57,193 bases of DNA from a virus. Taxonomy: Duplodnaviria; Caudoviricetes. The notes below the pieces were generated by a model. The model was not told where the DNA came from. It searched no databases and saw only the letters and a list, made by a program, of their open reading frames with translations. Every line of letters starts with the position of its first letter. Within the stretch, counting starts at the first letter, position 1. A program made the position numbers and the translations under genes. The stretch spans positions 1 through 57,193 of IMG/VR virus record IMGVR_UViG_3300032331_001351; one strand, 5' to 3'. Shown here piece after piece: positions 53,059 through 57,193 of this stretch.

Positions 53059-55101
53059 TTACTTCATTTTCTCTTTCTCAGCCGCGATGTCCGCATCAAT
53101 GTCAGGACCGATCATTTTGGTTCCTGGGATGTTAGAATCAAGTTGAATGTCAGTCTCAACGTCTTCAGGCGCGGCTTTAGTGTCGATAGGTGAAGGCGGG
53201 AACGCTGCCGTGGTGCCCATGATAGCGCCGGTTTCGCCTTTACCAAGGCGTTTAGCCCCCGCAGCGGCTTTAACCTCATACTGCTCGATCAATTTGACCG
53301 CAGCCGCAACTTCATGCGGATCGCTGGACATGAGCAACTTGCCGACTTTCTCAGCAACTTCATCAGTCATCGTAGCGCCGCGTGCTAAGCGTGCTGCCAT
53401 GTTGGTCAGAGACCCCCAAAATCCTCCCGAGACGGCGTCCGCAACCGCAGCCCCCACACCTGGACCTTCTTCAAAGCGTTCGCGTGCCTGAGTGCGTCTT
53501 CCGGTAGCCGCGCCGCCTAAGATACGATTGGATTGTTGGAACAACTGCGCTTCACGTTCAAGCGCTGACTTGAACATTTCAAATTTAGCAGGGCTATCAA
53601 ATAATGGCTGTAACTTAGCTTGCATTTCAGGCGAACCGATGATGCGTTGGGCGGCGTTGATATTGCCTGACGGATCCATGATCTTGCTGTAAAGATCACG
53701 CACCACACCTGTACGGAACGCATCTTTTTCAGCCGCGCCCATTTTGCCGATCATGTCAATAACCTGCTCGTGATCGAGTTTGTTAAAATCATTCATACCT
53801 GCGCGCATTGCGTCAAGCACTTCCATGTCACCAGAATATGCTTGACGAGCCTTGAGGTAAGGCGAGTTCGCGCCGCCTGTAGCTTCATCAATCGCGTTAA
53901 CATATACGTTACGCAATTGTTTGAGAGCGTTAGCTTCGGCGCTGCTCATACCTTTAGCGCTAGTGTAACCGGCTTCAATAGTAGCGTCGATACCGCGCTT
54001 GACGTAATCAAGAGTGCGGACATCAGGTAGTTTTGTCAACTCAAGAATCTCATTCCCGTTAGCGTCAAATTTACCGCTAGGTTTATAGATTTCGGGCAAA
54101 GCAAACTTACTGGGGTCTTCTCCACGCAATTTAGCAGCTTGAGCCTCGGTATCAGCAATACTACGCGCTTTGCCCCAGAATTCTTGAAAGCGCGGGTTTT
54201 TCAACGCTTCAATAATACGCGGGTCATCTACGTCACCAAAAGCGTACGCGTCATCATAAAGCGTACCGGCTTGCTTACGCAAGTCAGCAACCATTTTTTG
54301 TTCATCAGCGTAGAAGTTACCAGACTTGATCCCTTTACGAGTTTGCGCATAAGTACGCTCACGTGCGCCAGCGGTTTGCTCGCCGAGTTTCTTTTCAACT
54401 AGACGACCGCTAGGACCGCTACGTTGGGCAACAGTCTCAGCTAAGTCAACTAGCGCCGGGTCAGCATTAGCTATAGTTGAAGGAATGTTACGGGCGCGGT
54501 CTTGAATAACTTTCTGCTCAATCTGTTGAGGAGTCATGCCTGACTCATTGATGGCACGAGACACTTTACCTGCCGCAGCGTTCGTGACAGTAGCTTCGCT
54601 CGGAGCAAGGCGGTCACGCAACCACCTAGCACCCGCACCACCGGCACGAATGACGGCAGGAGCGCCGCCCCCTACGACCCCGCCAACTACTGTACCGGTC
54701 GCGGCACCAGTACCCCGTTCACCGGGTTGAGCCGAACCAGCACCAGAAACCGCGCCGGTGGTCATACCCGTCACCATACCACGCGCATACGGGTTAGCAG
54801 CTAAACGAGCTAACGCGCTCGCAGCAACCGGTGCGGCAGTGCCACCTGTAGCCGGGGTAGCTAACATCGCGGCTAAAGCCGGAGCAGCGCCGCCACCGAA
54901 CTCAAGAGCCGGGGCTACAAACGGGTTCTCTTTAGAATACTGCGCGTATTCTTGGTTGATCTTAGCGAGTTCAGTCTCATAACCTTTACTACCGGCGAGT
55001 TTAGAGCGAAGCCATGCCTCAGCTTCATCACCCCAACCCATGCCGAGACCCTGCCCAACGGCGGCTCGCGCCGCGCCCACGTACGGATTAGCTGTAGCCA
55101 T
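53059..55101 (-). CDS. Putative DNA transfer/ejection protein
   Basis: 680 aa; GQGLGMGWGDE N-terminus, Gly/Ala-rich hydrophobic region, helical body; last gene of the virion operon. Confidence 0.6.
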   Translation of the reverse strand: MATANPYVGAARAAVGQGLGMGWGDEAEAWLRSKLAGSKGYETELAKINQEYAQYSKENPFVAPALEFGGGAAPALAAMLATPATGGTAAPVAASALARLAANPYARGMVTGMTTGAVSGAGSAQPGERGTGAATGTVVGGVVGGGAPAVIRAGGAGARWLRDRLAPSEATVTNAAAGKVSRAINESGMTPQQIEQKVIQDRARNIPSTIANADPALVDLAETVAQRSGPSGRLVEKKLGEQTAGARERTYAQTRKGIKSGNFYADEQKMVADLRKQAGTLYDDAYAFGDVDDPRIIEALKNPRFQEFWGKARSIADTEAQAAKLRGEDPSKFALPEIYKPSGKFDANGNEILELTKLPDVRTLDYVKRGIDATIEAGYTSAKGMSSAEANALKQLRNVYVNAIDEATGGANSPYLKARQAYSGDMEVLDAMRAGMNDFNKLDHEQVIDMIGKMGAAEKDAFRTGVVRDLYSKIMDPSGNINAAQRIIGSPEMQAKLQPLFDSPAKFEMFKSALEREAQLFQQSNRILGGAATGRRTQARERFEEGPGVGAAVADAVSGGFWGSLTNMAARLARGATMTDEVAEKVGKLLMSSDPHEVAAAVKLIEQYEVKAAAGAKRLGKGETGAIMGTTAAFPPSPIDTKAAPEDVETDIQLDSNIPGTKMIGPDIDADIAAEKEKMK

Positions 55102-57193
55102 TACTCATTCCCTCCCTCAAGCGGAGTCGTTGTACGGTAAGCGCCAGAAGTGATTTGATCCAGGCGACCTTGTTCCCGAGCCATGCGGTCTTGCAGCACT
55201 TTGTAAGTGCGCTTGATGATCGCGCCGCGCTCTTCTTTAGTCTTAGCGCCGATACCTTCAAGCTCGAGCAAAATTGAGCGTTCACCCTCAGTCGGGTTAC
55301 CGCCGAACGTAGCGCGAAGTTTAGCGAGACCTTGAGAACCGAGCAGGTTATTAAGGATACGGGTGTTGACGATTGTAGGATCTTTAGAACCCGCTGCCTC
55401 AGACAACCACTGCTGACCTTTGTCCATCCAGCCACCGGCTAGTGAGTTCGGGTTCAGCGCGTAAGCCTGTTTCAAGTCAGCTAGAGATTGTTTGCTAGAA
55501 GCAATCATGTCCTCAGCTTCTTTTTTCATATTGACTTCGGTGGGGCTTAATTTAGCCTGTTGAACTTTCTGATTTTCAAACTTGTTCTGCGCAAGCGCTA
55601 AATTAGCTTGAGCCAAAGAAACCCCGGCAAGAGACGCATTAATCTGCGCCAGTTTACCTTCGACGTTCAGATTACCGATCTCAGCAACCCGTTTCTGATA
55701 AGCAGGTGTACCGGGTTTGAGACCCTCATCAAGTGCCTGCTTGCCCGCAGTAGACTGAGGCTCACCGGACTTGATGTAATCTTTGATGAGTTCAGTAGCG
55801 ATAGCTCGCTTGTCTTTCATCTCTTCACCGGTCAACGCACGCAACGTGTTCAAGTCTTCTTTTGCTGAGGTCATCTTCATTTTCTGACCTTCAAGCGCGA
55901 GAGCAAGTTTCTGCTGACCTGCGGCGCGTTTGTTTTTAGCAAACTCACCTAGCTCTTTACCGACCATGCTGAGGTTCTCACTGAACTGACCGGTTTTAGT
56001 CGGTGCGCCAAACGCTGAGGCTAAGCGGAAATACATTTCGGCTTTAGAACTCTGTGCATCTTCAGGTGAGTTCATAGCGCCGGTGAGCATTTTAGCAAAT
56101 GCATCGCTCTCAGCTTTTGCGCTTTCTCGAGCAGTTTTCAAGTCTGCAGAATACGCGCTGTCTTTTGGACCATACGTGGCGAGAAGGGCTTGAATGTTAC
56201 CCATGCGCTCATCACCGAAAGGCGCTGGCGCTTTAGGCGGCACAGGGGCAACTTGCGCTACCGGCTGAGGAGCAGTTTTAGCATTGTTCACAGCGATCTC
56301 AGTCAATACTGATTTCGGCGGTGCGGCAACGACGGGCGGCTCAGTAGTTACCGGCGCTGGACGCGCAGCCATATCTACAGGAGAAGTTACGGCTTCAGAA
56401 GTAGGTGTGAAAAACCGATTCTTAAAATCTTGTTCTTCTTCAGGGTTTGCATAGTCATGTTTATACCTGACAGGACCAGCTGTTTGGTAATGAGTTTTCA
56501 CCGGACCACCTTGTGCGTACTTGTCGGCGAGGTCATGAACCGAACCACCATCTGCCCACTTGAACACTTTTGATATTCCGCCAGTTAAACCAGACACAAG
56601 GCTAGTTGCAGCGCTCGGGATATTTCCTTGTATAAACTGACGCCCAGCATTGACATAGTCATACGTTGGACCTATAGCGCTTGATAACACTGTATTTAAA
56701 CCCAATCTAGCTAGTTTATTAGTAGTATCATTGCCTCCACCACTATTGCCACCACTAACATTATTACTTACTACAACATTGCGATTGAAAGGGCTGCTAG
56801 TATAACGGGTTGCTATTTCAGGTTGAGCGGCTTGTATAAACTCCTCCATCTTATCAGCATTAATTTCATTACCAAATCGGTTTGCCCAATATTCAATGCC
56901 ACCCTGATCAGGAGCACGACCTAAAACCTCTTGATACAAATTTGCAATATCAGCACGAGCTTCCGGCATGTCGGCAAGTTTAGACACAGGTACACCCGGA
57001 CCCGGCGCAACATAATCGGCAGGTTTAGGAGGTCCATAATCAGCAGCTTTGAATAAAGGGCTACGGTACCCACTAAAATTTAAACCAGATGTAACAGGAG
57101 GGGTGATTAAGCTGTTGTAATTTTGTGTTATCTGCTCAGGGGTTTGACCATAGCGTGTAGCCAGTGTATTGGCTAAGTTATCGTTCATTCCAC
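55101..57193 (-). CDS. C-terminal part of the junction-spanning ejection/internal virion protein
   Basis: In frame with 1-1405; contains LYQEVLGRAPDQGGIEYW, KWADGGSV and F.G.PTEGER. Confidence 0.8.
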   Translation of the reverse strand, partial: GMNDNLANTLATRYGQTPEQITQNYNSLITPPVTSGLNFSGYRSPLFKAADYGPPKPADYVAPGPGVPVSKLADMPEARADIANLYQEVLGRAPDQGGIEYWANRFGNEINADKMEEFIQAAQPEIATRYTSSPFNRNVVVSNNVSGGNSGGGNDTTNKLARLGLNTVLSSAIGPTYDYVNAGRQFIQGNIPSAATSLVSGLTGGISKVFKWADGGSVHDLADKYAQGGPVKTHYQTAGPVRYKHDYANPEEEQDFKNRFFTPTSEAVTSPVDMAARPAPVTTEPPVVAAPPKSVLTEIAVNNAKTAPQPVAQVAPVPPKAPAPFGDERMGNIQALLATYGPKDSAYSADLKTARESAKAESDAFAKMLTGAMNSPEDAQSSKAEMYFRLASAFGAPTKTGQFSENLSMVGKELGEFAKNKRAAGQQKLALALEGQKMKMTSAKEDLNTLRALTGEEMKDKRAIATELIKDYIKSGEPQSTAGKQALDEGLKPGTPAYQKRVAEIGNLNVEGKLAQINASLAGVSLAQANLALAQNKFENQKVQQAKLSPTEVNMKKEAEDMIASSKQSLADLKQAYALNPNSLAGGWMDKGQQWLSEAAGSKDPTIVNTRILNNLLGSQGLAKLRATFGGNPTEGERSILLELEGIGAKTKEERGAIIKRTYKVLQDRMAREQGRLDQITSGAYRTTTPLEGGNE
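57071..57193. repeat. Terminal direct repeat, right copy
   Basis: Identical to 1-123. Confidence 0.95.

Noticed and set aside
1-57193. Stop-codon reassignment, tRNAs, integrase, introns/inteins
   Set aside because: Genes are full length and tightly coupled under code 11 using TAA/TGA; no tRNA cloverleaf, recombinase or splicing element was recognised by eye.

Overview
The window is an apparently complete, circularly assembled ~57.07 kb tailed dsDNA phage genome; bases 1-123 are repeated at 57071-57193. Its gene set is podovirus-like: no tape measure, sheath or tube genes, but adaptor/nozzle-like and ejection-protein-like genes. I saw no integrase, repressor, RNA polymerase or tRNA, so it is probably lytic and dependent on host sigma70. 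The minus-strand arm (39643 down through the junction to 53059) carries an SF2 helicase, primase-helicase, terminase, portal, GroES, scaffold, capsid, tail fibres, lysis genes and ejection proteins. The plus-strand arm (39904-53018) carries small early genes, a thymidine-hypermodification cassette (PLP enzyme, amino acid:DNA transferase, P-loop kinase, HMUDK helical domain, dUMP hydroxymethylase, HD nucleotidase, DUF3310), a family-B DNA polymerase and recombination genes. Main leads: (1) the 5-hmdU hypermodification pathway has a PLP enzyme but no radical-SAM or FAD tailoring enzyme; (2) a recurrent [FYWMK]-A-x-G-G motif marks module boundaries in four virion-region proteins, one of which contains a beta-barrel-like module, suggesting polyprotein processing or cargo tagging; (3) several candidate pseudoknotted RNAs, including a duplicated leader with compensatory changes; (4) an iteron-like symmetric repeat locus; (5) a leaderless terS and an ATT-start gene. 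All family assignments come from recognising motifs by eye, not from database searches.
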